Under the pieces are notes generated by a model, which was not told where the DNA came from, did no database searches, and saw nothing but the letters and a program-made list of their open reading frames with translations. Of a stretch of 64,000 bases of DNA, positions 1-12,305 are shown in pieces. Every line of letters starts with the position of its first letter. The first letter of the stretch is position 1. This DNA is from Squalus acanthias. Its lineage: Eukaryota. The DNA is taken from NCBI GenBank assembly GCA_030390025.1, contig CM059431.1:104224001-104288000 (forward strand), written 5' to 3'. Position numbers and translations under genes: made by a program.

Positions 1-509
1 GGAATGCCGGGCTGCCCGATTGCGGCTGGCACCCCTGCAGCAGGAGGCGAGAGGGGGGCAGGTGCTGGCAGGCGGCCCGAAAAAAAAATGGCCGCCCGGC
101 ACCTGCCCTTTAATTTGCGCCGCCCCGGCCGCAAACACGCCCCCACTGACCCTGCCGGACATAGGGTCGGTAGGTCAGGGGGCGCGAGCGAAGTTTGCTG
201 GCTGGGCGCGAGCGAGGCGCTGCGCACGGTGACGTCACCGCCACTGCTAACCTCTCGCTGAATTTCGCGGCAGGCGTTAGCGGCGCCGCGCCCGGGTGCT
301 AGGTGCTTTTCATCAGTGTAACATGACGTAATAAGTGAAATGATTTCAAAGATATAACAATGTACGAATATAAATATTATGAAGAATATAACACATGCTG
401 ATTTACAATGGACAGTGTCAGTGTTGTACTTTGGTGCATCAAGGTCAATTAAATGTGAAATGGTGAATGTCTGGACTTATTAGATAAAAAGCAACCGAAT
501 TTTTCCCCC
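1..509. mobile_element. Harbinger-type MITE (left part outside window) containing a captured 188-bp flanking segment
   Basis: Terminal AATTTTTCCCCC matches the TIR of the MITE at 22268-23163; the GC-rich body aligns in reverse with that copy; 304-491 duplicates 1275-1462. Confidence 0.75.
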
Positions 510-979
510 ATAGTTCATTCCTTTCCCTCCTTGCTGTTTTCACATGACTCCTTCCTAAGAATTGGTCCAATTTGTTATCCCCTCCCAAGCTTACTTAATT
601 TAAGTATATTATATATTTAATATATTTTCATTATCTGCCACTTGTTCCTGTACTTACAGGCCCAGGATTAATGTCATCATTATGTGGTCAGCCTGTGATG
701 TTTTATCCTTAATCCAAAGCCAGAGTTGTAAAGAAGAAAGCACTTTACTGGGCATTATTGGGTTCTCAGGAACTTTGTTAAGAATCCTTGTCTACCTTGA
801 TGCTATGATTTGATTGTGATACAACCATGTCAATTTGTAGTCTGGCTTTTGAATGGTTAATATGCCGTTCTGTCATCTCATAGTGTATCTCCAAAGCTAA
901 ATCCATAGGTCCACAGCCCAATAACTGTAGCATACTATAGCGCCAAAACTAGGCGCCACAAATATCAGATAGTCACCAA

Positions 980-1240
980 TCAATCCAACAGGGAATTCAG
1001 GAGCAACTTCTTTACCCAGAGAGTGGTGAGAATGTGGAACTCGCTACCACAGGGAGTGGTTGAGGTGAATAGTATAGATGCATATCAGGGGAAGCAAGAT
1101 AAGTACATGAGGGAGAAAGGGATAGAATAATATGCTGATGGGGTGAGATGAAGAGGGGTGGGAGGAGACTCGTGTGGAGCATAAACACCGGCACGGACCA
1201 GTTGGGCCGAACGGCCTCTTTCTGTGCTGTAACTTCTATG
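980..1240 (+). mobile_element. CR1 LINE 3' fragment
   Basis: Encodes a FFTQRVVRMWNSLPQGVV-type C-terminus followed by the 3' UTR also seen at 58560-58800. Confidence 0.85.
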
Positions 1241-2589
1241 AAATATTAGCCTTTTATCCCATAAAAAACAGTTATGCTTTTCATTAGTGTAACATGACGT
1301 AATAAGTGGAATGATTTCAAAGATATAACAATGTACGAATATAAATATTATGAAGAATATAATACATGCTGATTTACAATGGACAGTATCAGTGTTGTAC
1401 TTTGGTGCATCAAGGTCAATTAAAAGTGAAATGATGAATGTCTGGACTTATTAGATAAAAAGTTTCCATAGGGATGTATATTTTGACTTTAGCTGGCATC
1501 ACCAGTAATGGTTGGTTAATCTACTTACGCAGCAACAAGTATTCTGTCTCTAGACCCCTGTGTTCTCCTATCTCCTATTACCCAGCTTTTGGTCTTGCCT
1601 TCTGTTGCTTGATCCCACTGTCCCTCAGCTGTTATTGTCCCATTTGACACTTCCTAATCTTCTGAGAGCTGGAAGTCCTAAAGCTGTGGCTTTACAGATC
1701 TAACCCAAAATGTGCTGTAACGCCTAACCATCAGCTTGAAGCATTAAATAATTTGCACTCATTAATGCAATCAAGAAACAGGTTTTAGTCCTGATGTTAC
1801 AATTGTTATTGTCGCATTTGACACTTCCAAATCTTGTAATAATTATACTGCATTGGAATTAATCCCAAACTTTCTAATATATAGCGTTTCAATCAGGCAG
1901 CCACAAGAATGGCACCTGCATTGATTTCTTTTGTGAGTTTTGTGCAAGACTTGTCTTTGCTGTTTTATTCAATTGCATGGATGCTGCTTGCTCCAAGTCA
2001 CTGCAATCAGGTCTGTTCTGTATCTTTGACATATTGCAATTCAAACGTATTTTTAGTCAATAAACAAAACAGTTTGTGGATTACAGGGAGCGCATGCCTC
2101 TAAATCCGATATAAAAGGAAGGCAACTGTGTAAATATTTATCTAGACCTTCTGTTAACAGAATCCAAGTATGTACAATAGGCAGGCGTTCATGCAGCTGA
2201 TTTTCCCTGTGTGGATCCTCGTTTAATTATGTATATTTCTATTCAACGAAACTTATCTCAAAGCTGCAGAATACTCTCTTGTACCAGAGTCTTGAATATG
2301 ACTTGCTACAATTTTGGTCACTTGACGCGCGGTAGTATTTAATCATGTATCCTCAGGCTGTAATTTTGAACATAGCTCACTAAAATACAGTCTAATCATT
2401 ACTGCATACAGACATTGAATACTTTTGAGACCTGTAATTCCTAAAGCTGAGGATTTGCAGATCTAACCCAAAATGTGCTATAATGCCTAACAATCAGCTT
2501 CAAGCATTAAATAATTTGCGCTCATTATTGCAATCAGGAAACAAGTTTTAGTCTTAACGTTACAGTTTAATCATAATGCTTTTGTAATG

Positions 2590-3164
2590 CATGTTTTTGT
2601 TACCTCCAGACTTGTCTATTCCAACGCTCTCCTGGCCAACCACCCACCTACCACCCTCCATAAACTTGAGCTCATCCAAAACTCTGCTGCCTGTATCCTA
2701 TTTCCCATTAAGTCCCGCTCACCCCGTGCTTGCTGATCTACATTGGCTCCTGGTCCAGTAAAACCTGGATTGTAAAATTCTCATTCAAATGTGTTCAAAT
2801 CCCTCCATGGCCTCGGTCCTCCCTTTCTCTGTAACCTCCTCCAGCCCTACAATCCTTCAAGTTCTCTGCGCTCCTCCAATTCTAGTCTTTTGTGCATCTC
2901 CGATTTTAATCGCTCCACCATTGGCGGCCATGACTCCAGAAGCCTGGGCCCTAAGCTCTGGATTTCCCTCCCTAAACCTCTCTGCCTCTCTCCCCTCTTT
3001 TAAGTCGCTTCTTAAAACTTTTCTTTTCGACCAAGCCTTTGGTCATCTGCCCTGCTATCTCCTTTTGTGGCTCGGTGTAAAATTTTGTTTCATAACGCTC
3101 TTGTGAAGTGCCTTGGGATGTTTCACTATGTTAATAGTGCTATATAAGTGCAAGATGTTGTTGT
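2590..3164 (+). mobile_element. L2 LINE 3' fragment
   Basis: LHWL..FKIL..FKSLHGL..PKLW..LP..FKSLLKTFLF motif and (TTG)n tail. Confidence 0.85.
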
Positions 3165-3479
3165 TACTTGGCGGTCATCACAAACCAGCGTGGTGTTTGT
3201 ACTATTCCATTCTCACATCACCACCAAGTAAACTCACCACAGAATGTTGTCAAGTCATTTCAGTCTAAGTATCCTTTTACCGATGTGCTAACTCAACTGT
3301 TGGTCAACCTCTCTGGCACTGAAAATTAACTATTACAAGTGTAGAGACTCAATCCTTCAGCTTTTAATTGTTGTTGGAGATTTTAAAAATGTTAAATTTT
3401 AAATTTTAATATTTTCTTTTCCTTTTCTTTTCTGTCTCTTTTTTTCACCCTCTCTCTTAACTCCAGCCTTTCTTCCCTT

Positions 3480-4190
3480 ATTCGTTCATGGGATGTGGCC
3501 GTCGCTGGCATGACCAGCATTTACTGCCCATTACTAGTTGCCCTCGAGAAGGTGGTGGTGGTGAGCCACCTTCTTGAACCGCTGCAGTCCGTGTGGTGAT
3601 GGTACTCCCACGGTGCTGTTAGGGAGGGAGTTCCAGGATTTTGACCCAGCGACGATGAAGGAATGGCGATATATTTCCAAGTCGGGATGTAACTTGTAGG
3701 GGAACTTGGAGGTGATGGTGTTCTCATGCGCTTGCTGCCCTTGTCCTTCTAGGTGGTAGAGGTCGCGGGTTTGGGAGGTGCTGCCGAAGAAGTCTTGGCG
3801 AGCAGCGTGAATGCATCTTGTAGATGGTACACACTGCAGCCACGGTGCGCCGGTGGTGGAGGGAGTGAATGTTTAATGTGGTGGATGGGTTGCCAAACAA
3901 GCGGGCTGCTTTGTCCTGGATGGTGTCGAGCTTCCTGAGTGTTGTTGGAGCTGCCCTCATCCAGGCAAGTGGAGAGTATTCCTTCACACTCCTGACTTGT
4001 GCCTTGTAGATGGTGGAAAGGCTTTGGGGAGTCAGGAGGTGAGACACTCACTGCAGAATACCCAGCCTCTGACCTGCTCTTGTTGCATAGTATTTATGTG
4101 GCTGATCCAGTTAAGTTTCTGGTCATTGTTGACCCCCAGGATGTTGATGGTGGGGGATTCGGCGATGGTAATGCCGTTGAATGTCAAGGG
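3480..4190 (-). mobile_element. CR1/L2-supergroup LINE 3' fragment (YKAQVRSVMEYSPLAW family)
   Basis: ORF 3724-4047 encodes LSTIYKAQVRSVKEYSPLAW..LDTIQDKAARL; same family at 14826, 36240 and 56728. Confidence 0.8.
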
Positions 4191-4737
4191 GCAGTCCAAA
4201 AGCTTGGTCAAAGAGGTCGGTTTTAAGGAGGATTTTAAAGGAGGAAATAGAGGTAGAGAGGCGGAGAGGTTTAGGCAGGGAATTCCAGAGCTTGGGGCCT
4301 TGGCAGCTGAAGGCATGGCCACCAATAGTGGGGAGAAAGGAATTCAGGGATGTGCAGGAGGCCAGAATTAGAGAAGTGTAGAGATCTCGGTGGGTTGTGG
4401 GGCTGGAGGAGATTACAGAGATAGGGAGGGGCGAGACCATGGAGGGATTTGAAAACAAGGATCAGAATTTTGAAATCGAGGCGTTGCTTAACCGGGAGCC
4501 AATGTAGGTCAGAGAGCACAGGGGTGATGGGTGAACGGGACTTGGTGCGAGTTAGGACATGGGGCAGCCGAGTTTTGGATGACCTCAAGTTTACGTAGGG
4601 TGGAATGTGGGAGGCCAGCCAGGAGTGCGTTGGAACAGTCAAGTCTAGAGGTAACAAAGGCATGATGAGGGTTTCAGCAGCGGATGAGCTGAGGCAAGGG
4701 CGGAGTCGGGCGATGTTACGGAGGTGGAAATAGGCGG
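4191..4737 (-). mobile_element. L2 LINE 3' fragment
   Basis: AYFHLRNIARLRPCLS...PITPVLSDLHWLPVKQRLDFKIL in ORF 4271-4741. Confidence 0.88.
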
Positions 4738-5356
4738 CCAATTCCTAAGGGGAATGTACCTACTTCACAAGGCCGACATTAATTGGCAATACCACTCAGG
4801 CAGGTCTAAGGATGGTTTGTGTGAGAAACTGAAATAAAATCTTACTTTAGACCAATCCAAATGTTGGATGAGTTTCAGTGTGCACCTCCAGCAAAAAGAA
4901 AGTCACATTTAGAATACAACCAATTACTTACAGCATAGTTTCGCCATCTTTCATTCCATGACAGAATGTAGAAATGTTTTAAATAAATCTATTAGACCGT
5001 TACGTGAAAAGTCTCTCTCAAGAGTTGCCGGAGCTGCTCCAGATGTAATGTGTTCAGTTGCGGGCACAGTGATCAGCTGGGATGCCAACAATCCCAGCCA
5101 GATCTTCTGATTTTGAACAATGTTGTGCAGCTCTCCTGCAGAATTCATAATTGTAAATACATTTACATGCAGGGCCATCATTTATCATATCTTTCTACTT
5201 TAAGGTTTTAATCTCTCCCTGGTCCCTATGTTTAGCGGAATTGACCTGGTTACTAGTTCTGACCCTGAGCGAGGCAACAACCGCAGAAACCGGTATCGAG
5301 ATTCCTAAGCACTTTATTCAACCGCCAAAGGAAAATAAGCAACAGTTCAAGATAAT

Positions 5357-6120
5357 GGGCCTGAATTTGCGGGCGGGGGCTTCCCATGGGCGAATGCCTC
5401 CGACCGCAAGAAAGTACGAATCTACCTGATGATCCCGGAGGTTCATAGACTCTCGCGCTCCTGGGCCTCTACGTGTAGGCCTGCGTAAAGGCCCACGTAT
5501 CCCGGGGGCGCCCGCGGTTCGCAGGCGTCCCTGTGATCACGTGAGCCAGGCCGACCAATGACAAAGGGGGATCCCCATTAGGCTTATGGAGATTCCATTT
5601 ACGTTCAGAAACTCCATGAGCATGAATAGGATCCCCTAAAAAACACAATTACGCGCCAGTTAAATAAAAATAAATCATTACGTGTTCAAAATTAATTAAA
5701 ATACAATTAAATTAAACATGTAAAGTAAAAATTACAATTTTTGAAAAATAAATTTAAACGTTTTAAAGGGGCTAAAAATAACCTGAACTAATTTCAAAGG
5801 TTTTTTATGTTTAAATAATCAAAAAAAACATTATTTTAATATTTATTTAAACTCTTACGCTGGTAAAAGGAGGCCCTACGCCTGCTTTTACCAGGCGTAA
5901 GCGTTTCACGGGCATTCGCTGGGCAGTAGGTTGGGACAAATAGCCTGACTCTTCGCCCGCGGAGGTCTATTTCCTGCAGATTCGTACAACCTGTCGAGCT
6001 GAAACTCGACAGATCGCAAGTTCCAGGTTTTCGCGTCTGCGCATCGCACGCAGAACTTGCGGGGCACTTATGGCCACGTACGCACCGCGTATGCGGTCAC
6101 AGGCCCGGATAATCTGGGCC
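5357..6120. mobile_element. Harbinger-type MITE, family A
   Basis: Imperfect GGGCC..GA(A/T)T TIRs, 3-bp TSD AAT, AT-rich core; homologous to 16372-17141 and 54843-55605. Confidence 0.8.
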
Positions 6121-6352
6121 AATACTTACAATAGCGGAATGTGGTTCAGATCGCGGGGTGAGCAAACCACTGCGCTGGGAGAGCCGGAGTGTCTGCCAAA
6201 GTGATTCTGCTGTGTCGTCTTCTTCTTGCACGTTGATCTCAACACTCAGTGGTTACTCCACCGAGGAGTCTTTGCCTCTCCTATAGGTATCCCAGTTCAT
6301 CTTCTTCGTATCCCGTTGCCGATGAACCTGATCGATACTCATGTTGAATTGT

Positions 6353-6386
<34 letters not shown>

Positions 6387-7011
6387 TTTCTTTCTTTCTC
6401 CTTCTCTGGCTGCCTGCTACCATATAAGGATTTTTTTTTTCTCTCCTTGTCATTCTGCTGATGTGCAAAGTTCCAACATTGTGACCTCTATGTCCTACTT
6501 TTGTTTCCTGAGACGAGCAGCAGACAAAAGGTCCAGATGATATCTGACATTAACTGCCAACAAAGCGCCCACAATCTCTGCTCTTTGCCTTAGCGGTGAC
6601 GAAGTCCATCATACTTTACAAGTCGCTAGGCCTGCCAGCTTTTCATAGGACAAAGTCCTGTATCTTATACTTCCGTAATGTGTTTTCAAAGAAATATCAA
6701 ACTATAAATATTCATATTGAGCTGTGTGTGTGCATGCGCACGGTGCGGAAAAGAAAAGTACAGCAGTGCTTCAAATAATAAACAGAAAGAAGAAAGAAAG
6801 AAAGCCTTGCATTTATATAGCGCCTTTCACGACCACTGGACGTCCCAAAGCGCTTTACAGCCAATGAAGTAGTTATTGAAGTCTGGTCACTGTTGTAATG
6901 TAGGAAACGCAGCAGCCAATTTGCACACAGCAAGCTCCACAAACAGCAATGTGATAATGATCAGATCATCTGTTTTTAGTGATGTTGATTGAGGGATAAA
7001 TATTGGCCATG

Positions 7012-8773
7012 AAATGGCAGACCAACTAAATGCATACTTTGGGTCAGTCTTTACGAAGGAAGACACAAAAAACCTCCCTGGGATATCGGGAAAAATAGGG
7101 ACATTTGCAAAGGAGGAACTGACGCAAGTCAATATCTCTAAGGATATGGTGTTAAGGAAGCTAAAGGGATTGAAGGCGGACAAATCCCCAGGGCCTGATA
7201 ACATGCATCCTAGGGTGCTGAAGGAGGTGGCCCTAGAGATAGCGGATGCACTAAGTATGATTTTTCAGAATTCATTAGACTCGGGAACAGTGCCCATGGA
7301 TTGGAGGGTAGCTAACGTTACCCCACTATTCAAAAAGGGGGGTAGGGAAAAAGCAGGTAATTACAGACCTGTAAGCCTTACATCAGTTGTGGGCAAAATG
7401 CTGGAGTCCATCATTAAGGATGAAATAGCGGAGCACTTAGCAAATGGGGACAGGATAGGACAGAGTCAACATGGATTTACAAAGGGTAAATCGTGCTTGA
7501 CTAATCTATTGGAATTTTTTGAGGGAGTAACTGGTAAAATAGATGGGGGAGAGCCAGTAGATGTGGTGTACCTGGACTTCCAAAAGGCCTTCGATAAAGT
7601 CCCACATAAAAGATTAGCAGGGAAAATTGAAGCTCATGGGATAAAGGGGAAAGTATTGACGTGGATAGAGAACTGGCTGTCAGATAGAAAACAGAGAGTT
7701 GGAATAAACGGCTCATTTTCTGAATGGCTGGCAGTAACAAGTGGGGTACCACAGGGATCTGTCCTGGGTCCCCAGCTGTTCACAATTTACATTAATGACC
7801 TGGATCAGGGAGTCGGATGCAGCATTTCCAAATTTGCAGACGACACTAAACTAGGAGGAGGGGTGGGCTCAGAGGAGGAGACCAGGAAGCTCCAGAGCGA
7901 TTTGGACAGACTGGGTGATTGGGCGGATAAATGGCAGATGCACTATAATGTGGACAAGTGCGAAGTTATCCACCTTGGGTGCAGGAACGGGAGGGCAAAT
8001 TATTATTTAAATGGCAATAAATTGGGAGAGGGGGAAGTACAGAGAGACCTGGGTGTTCTTGTACACCAGTCACTGAAGGCGAGCATGCAGGTGCAACAGG
8101 CGATCAAGAAGGCAAACGGTATGCTGGCCTTCATAGCAAAAGGGTTGGAATACAGGAACAGGGATACCTTGCTGCAGCTGTACAGGGCACTGGTGAGACC
8201 ACAGCTCGAGTACTGTGTACAGTTTTGGTCGCCTCATCTGAGGAAAGATGTTCTTGCCATGGAGGGGGTGCAGCGGCGATTCACCAGGCTGATACCAGGA
8301 ATGGCGGGATTGACCTATGAGGAGAGACTATGTAGTTTAGGGATGTACACACTGGAGTTTAGAAGATTGAGAGGGGACCTCATAGAAGTGTATAAAATTC
8401 TGACAGGTCTAGACAGACTAGATGCAGAAGGAATGTTTCCCTTGGCGGGTGAGAACAGAACTAGAGGACATAATTTAAGGATAAGGGCTAAACCATTTAG
8501 GACAGAAATGAGGGGGAATTTCTTCACTCAGAGGGTGGTGAACCTGTGGAACTCATTGCCACAGAGGGCAGTGTACGCCAGCTCATTAAATATATTTAAG
8601 AGGGAATTAGATATATTTCTACAGGCAAAAGGGGTTAAGGGTTACGGAGAGAAGGCGGGGACGGGATACTGAATTGGAGGATCAGCCATGATCTCATTAA
8701 ATGGCGGAGCAGGCTCGAAGGGCCGGATGGCCTACTCCTGCTCCTATCTTCTATGTATCTATGTATCTATGTA
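7012..8773 (+). mobile_element. Young 5'-truncated CR1 LINE
   Basis: Uninterrupted RT ORF, 3' UTR and (CTATGTAT)n tail; short ATGA duplication at the ends. Confidence 0.93.
7014..8672 (+). CDS. CR1 ORF2 reverse transcriptase domain (endonuclease lost by 5' truncation)
   Basis: KSPGPD, NYRPVSLTS, YLDFQKAFDKVPH, GVPQGSVLGP and FADD motifs; 552 aa without a stop. Confidence 0.9.
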   Translation: MADQLNAYFGSVFTKEDTKNLPGISGKIGTFAKEELTQVNISKDMVLRKLKGLKADKSPGPDNMHPRVLKEVALEIADALSMIFQNSLDSGTVPMDWRVANVTPLFKKGGREKAGNYRPVSLTSVVGKMLESIIKDEIAEHLANGDRIGQSQHGFTKGKSCLTNLLEFFEGVTGKIDGGEPVDVVYLDFQKAFDKVPHKRLAGKIEAHGIKGKVLTWIENWLSDRKQRVGINGSFSEWLAVTSGVPQGSVLGPQLFTIYINDLDQGVGCSISKFADDTKLGGGVGSEEETRKLQSDLDRLGDWADKWQMHYNVDKCEVIHLGCRNGRANYYLNGNKLGEGEVQRDLGVLVHQSLKASMQVQQAIKKANGMLAFIAKGLEYRNRDTLLQLYRALVRPQLEYCVQFWSPHLRKDVLAMEGVQRRFTRLIPGMAGLTYEERLCSLGMYTLEFRRLRGDLIEVYKILTGLDRLDAEGMFPLAGENRTRGHNLRIRAKPFRTEMRGNFFTQRVVNLWNSLPQRAVYASSLNIFKRELDIFLQAKGVKGYGEKAGTGY

Positions 8774-8911
8774 TGACACTGGGGAGAACTCCCCTGCTCT
8801 TCTTCGAAATAGTGCCGTGGGATCTTTTACGTCCACCTGAGAGGGCAGACAGCACCTTGGTTTAATGTCTCATCTGAAAGACGGCACATCCGACAGTGTA
8901 GCACTCTCTCC

Positions 8912-9946
8912 GAGAGTAGTGGTGAACAGTTGTTTTTCAGACTGGAGGAAGCTACACAATGGTATTCCCCAGGGGTCGGTACTAGGACCACTGATTTTCT
9001 TGATATACATCAATGACTTGGACTTGGGTGTACAGGACATAATTTCAAAATTTACAGATGACACAAAACTTGGAAGTATAGTGAACAGTGAGGAGGATAG
9101 TGATAGACGTCAAGAGGATATAGATAGGCTGGTGTAATGGGCGGACACATGACAGATGAAATTTAACGCAGCAAAATGTGAAGTGATACATTTTGGTAGT
9201 AAGAACGAGGAGAGGCAATATAAACTAAATGGTACAATTCTAAAGGAGGTGCATGAACAGAGAGACCTGGGGGTATATGTGCACAAATCGTTGAAGGTGG
9301 CAGGTTGAGAAAGCGGTTAAAAAAGCATACGGGATCCTGGGCTTCAAAAATAGAGGAACAGAGTACAAAAGCAAGGAAGTTATGATGAACCTTTGGTCCG
9401 GACTCAACTGGAGTATTGTATCCAATTCTGGGCACCACCCTTTAGGAAGGATGTGAAGGCCTTAAAGAGGGTGCAAAAAAGATTTACAAGAATGGTTTCC
9501 GGGATGAGGGATTTCAGTTGCATGGATAGACTGGAGTTGTTCTCCTTGGAGCAGAGAAGGTTGAGAGGAGATCTGATAGAGGTGTTCAAAATCATGAGGG
9601 GTTCGGACAGAGTAGATAGAGACAAACTGTTCCCATTGGTGGAAGGGTCGAGAACCAGAGGACACAGATTTAAGGTGATTGGCAGAAGAACCAAAGGCGA
9701 CATGTGGAAAAACATTTTTACACAGCGAGTGGTTAGGATCTGGAATGCACTGCCTGAAAGGGTGGTGGAGGCAGACACAATCACGACTTTCGAAAGGGAA
9801 TTGGATAAGTACCTGAAGGGAAAAAATTTGCAGGGCTACGGGGAAAGGGCAGGGAGTGGGACTAGCTGAAGTGCTCTTGCAGAGAGCCGGCACGGGCTCG
9901 ATGGGCTGAATGGCCTCCTTCTGTGCTGTAACCACTCGTGATTCTA
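8912..9946 (+). mobile_element. Decayed CR1 LINE 3' fragment
   Basis: GIPQGSVLGP/FTDD and LRGDLIEVFKI motifs broken by stops and frameshifts. Confidence 0.9.
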
Positions 9947-10375
9947 TAAAGCATCTCATGCTGTTTTACAGTTCAATCCACTTGATGTGTCTTTTTTCCA
10001 ATTACTTATTAATATAGCATTGGAAAATCTGCTTTAACATCAAAATATAAATGTGAGACATGATAATACTGAATCTGCTCAAGCGACAAAAGTTGAAAGG
10101 ACAAGCAAGGTGAATAAATTAGTGATGTAGCAAGACATTAATTGCAGTAAAGATGGAAGCTTCAGCAATACAAAATACACTGATTGGGATTATTACCACA
10201 GTAAGACATTAAAACATTTTAATTTAATTGGAATGTCATAAATTTCCTCAGGAAAAACCTAGCATCTTTGTCTCATCAAAATAAAAGGATGTCCAAAATT
10301 ACATATATATTTCCCACCAGTCTATACTCTGCAGGAAACCAGCTGTGGCTCAGTTGGTAGCACTCTCGTCTCTAT

Positions 10376-11218
10376 GGCGCGATCTTGCCAGCCCTGGGGA
10401 GGAGGGTGTGGAGACGGGACTGCCGGGAAAATGGCAGAATCTGGGGGCGGGTGCCCATCACGCCCCCAACCCGCCTCCGGCCATCTTGCCAGGAGGCGGG
10501 TAGCCGACCCGTGCCAGGGTCCCGTCTCCTGGAGGCAGGAAGGGGATTACAGCCACTTAACTGCCTGTTAACAGGTAGTTAACAGGCAGTTAAGAGGATT
10601 ATCCCCATCTTTCCAACAGAGGCGCGGGCTTCCCGACATCGGGAAACCCCGCCAGTGTCAGCGAGGCGAGCAGAGGGTCTGCGGGGGTCGGAGGGGTCCA
10701 AAAGTGCGCTGTGAAGGTAAGTGATGGGGGCAAGCGTGGAGAGGTGAGTATGTGAGGTAAGTGGAAAGTGTTAGAAAATGTTTCCTTACCTTTGTTTCTT
10801 CCTGCAGGCTTCAACAGTTGGGGATGCGGAGAGTCTCGCATCTCACCGGCAGAGATAACAGATGGCTGCTGCATTCTCCGATGCAACAACCATCTAATTT
10901 CTGCTCACAAAAGAGGTTTGATGAGTCTTGAATACAAGGACTCATCAAACAACAGAGAATGTCAGTGTTTGACAGCTTCACAGAGCCGTCAAACGATGAC
11001 AATTCATCTGTCAAAAGTTTTTGACAGATGAAACGTCATACGTTGACGTTCTCTGTAACTGGCTTCCCCTTAATTGGCCTGCTACGCCCGCTGGGCGGGC
11101 TTAACAAGGTCAATCAAGGGAAAATAGCGTGGGTTGGCCACAAATCGATGGAGGCGGGACTAAAACCCGACAAGCAGCAGTCCCTCCTCCAACGCACCCC
11201 CATTGGCAAAATCACCCC
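10376..11218. mobile_element. Harbinger-type MITE, family B
   Basis: Collinear with 39594-40438; ends in AAAATCACCCC; splits a SINE head. Confidence 0.78.
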
Positions 11219-11569
11219 ATAGAGTCAGACCCCTCCAGAGACTTGAGCACAAAAATCTCGGCTAACACTCCAGTACAGTGCTGAGGAAGTGCTGCATTGT
11301 TGGAGGTGCCGTCTTTCAGATGAGCCATTAAACCTAGGCCCAGTCTACTCTCTCAGGTGGACATAAAAGTTCCCACCAGGTGGATGTAAAAGATAGTGCT
11401 ATTTCGAAAAACAGATTATCTGATCATGTTGCTGTTTTTGGGAGCTTGCTGTGTGCATATTGGCTGCCGTGTTTCCTACATTACAACAGTGACTACACTT
11501 CAAAAGTACTTCATTGGCTGTAAAGTGCTTTGGAACGTGAGGTCAGGAAAGGTGATGTAGAAGTACAAG

Positions 11570-12305
11570 GGGGCCATATTTGGTTGCCTTTGCGCCTCCC
11601 GTTAGCGCTAATGGGGCGCTAATGTCTTTGCGACCGGACGCGGCGCTGACATCGACTCCCACCATATTCGGCGGGAGATTTGCGGCGGCGCTACGGCGTT
11701 GCGCCCCGATCTCCTTCACCCGGAGATCGTGACATCATCGCCGCGCTCATCGCCCCGGTAGTGCCCTAGACCCGAAATTGAATTCTGCCCCACTGCAGCA
11801 GCGGCGGTCGAAAACACCGACAGCTGCAGGAAGCGTGCACCGGGCGGCCGGCCACTTCGGGGCGATGAGCGAGGTGGCCGAGGTAAGTAAAAGAAAAACT
11901 TACCTTTCTTGTTCCGCTTTTTCTCGCGGGTTCCTGCCCGCGATCGATCAGCCTGGCACTCTGCTTGAGTGCCGGGCTGATCACGCGGGATCGCGGCTGC
12001 CTTGGTGGTCCAGGTAGGTCATTTTTCTATTGCAGAGCCTGCAGCGATGGCCCTTCCCTTTAAGGGAGGGAAGGAGCCTTTGAACGCGGCAGCGCTGCAC
12101 GGCCCAGTGTGCAGCCCTGCTGAAGTCTCCATCCCAATTGCTGATGATTGCACGCCAAGAAGGAAGTGGAGCGCTTGATTTAGCTTCCTTCCAGGAGTGC
12201 AAAACCGAATTTTTTAAAAGTTTAGAAACTTTAGCGCCTGGTGCTAATTTTCCAAACTTTTAAAATTTAGTGCCCCAAGCGGGGCTATAATGAATTTCTC
12301 CCCCC
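11570..12305. mobile_element. Harbinger-type MITE, family C
   Basis: GGGG...CCCCC ends and 3-bp TSD AAG within a SINE tail; related to 22268-23163. Confidence 0.78.

Larger units (their letters stand above)
6790..8911 (-). mobile_element. Deu-domain tRNA-derived SINE (SacSINE1-like), interrupted by a CR1
   Basis: SINE sequence at 6790-7011 resumes at about 8774-8911. Confidence 0.8.
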
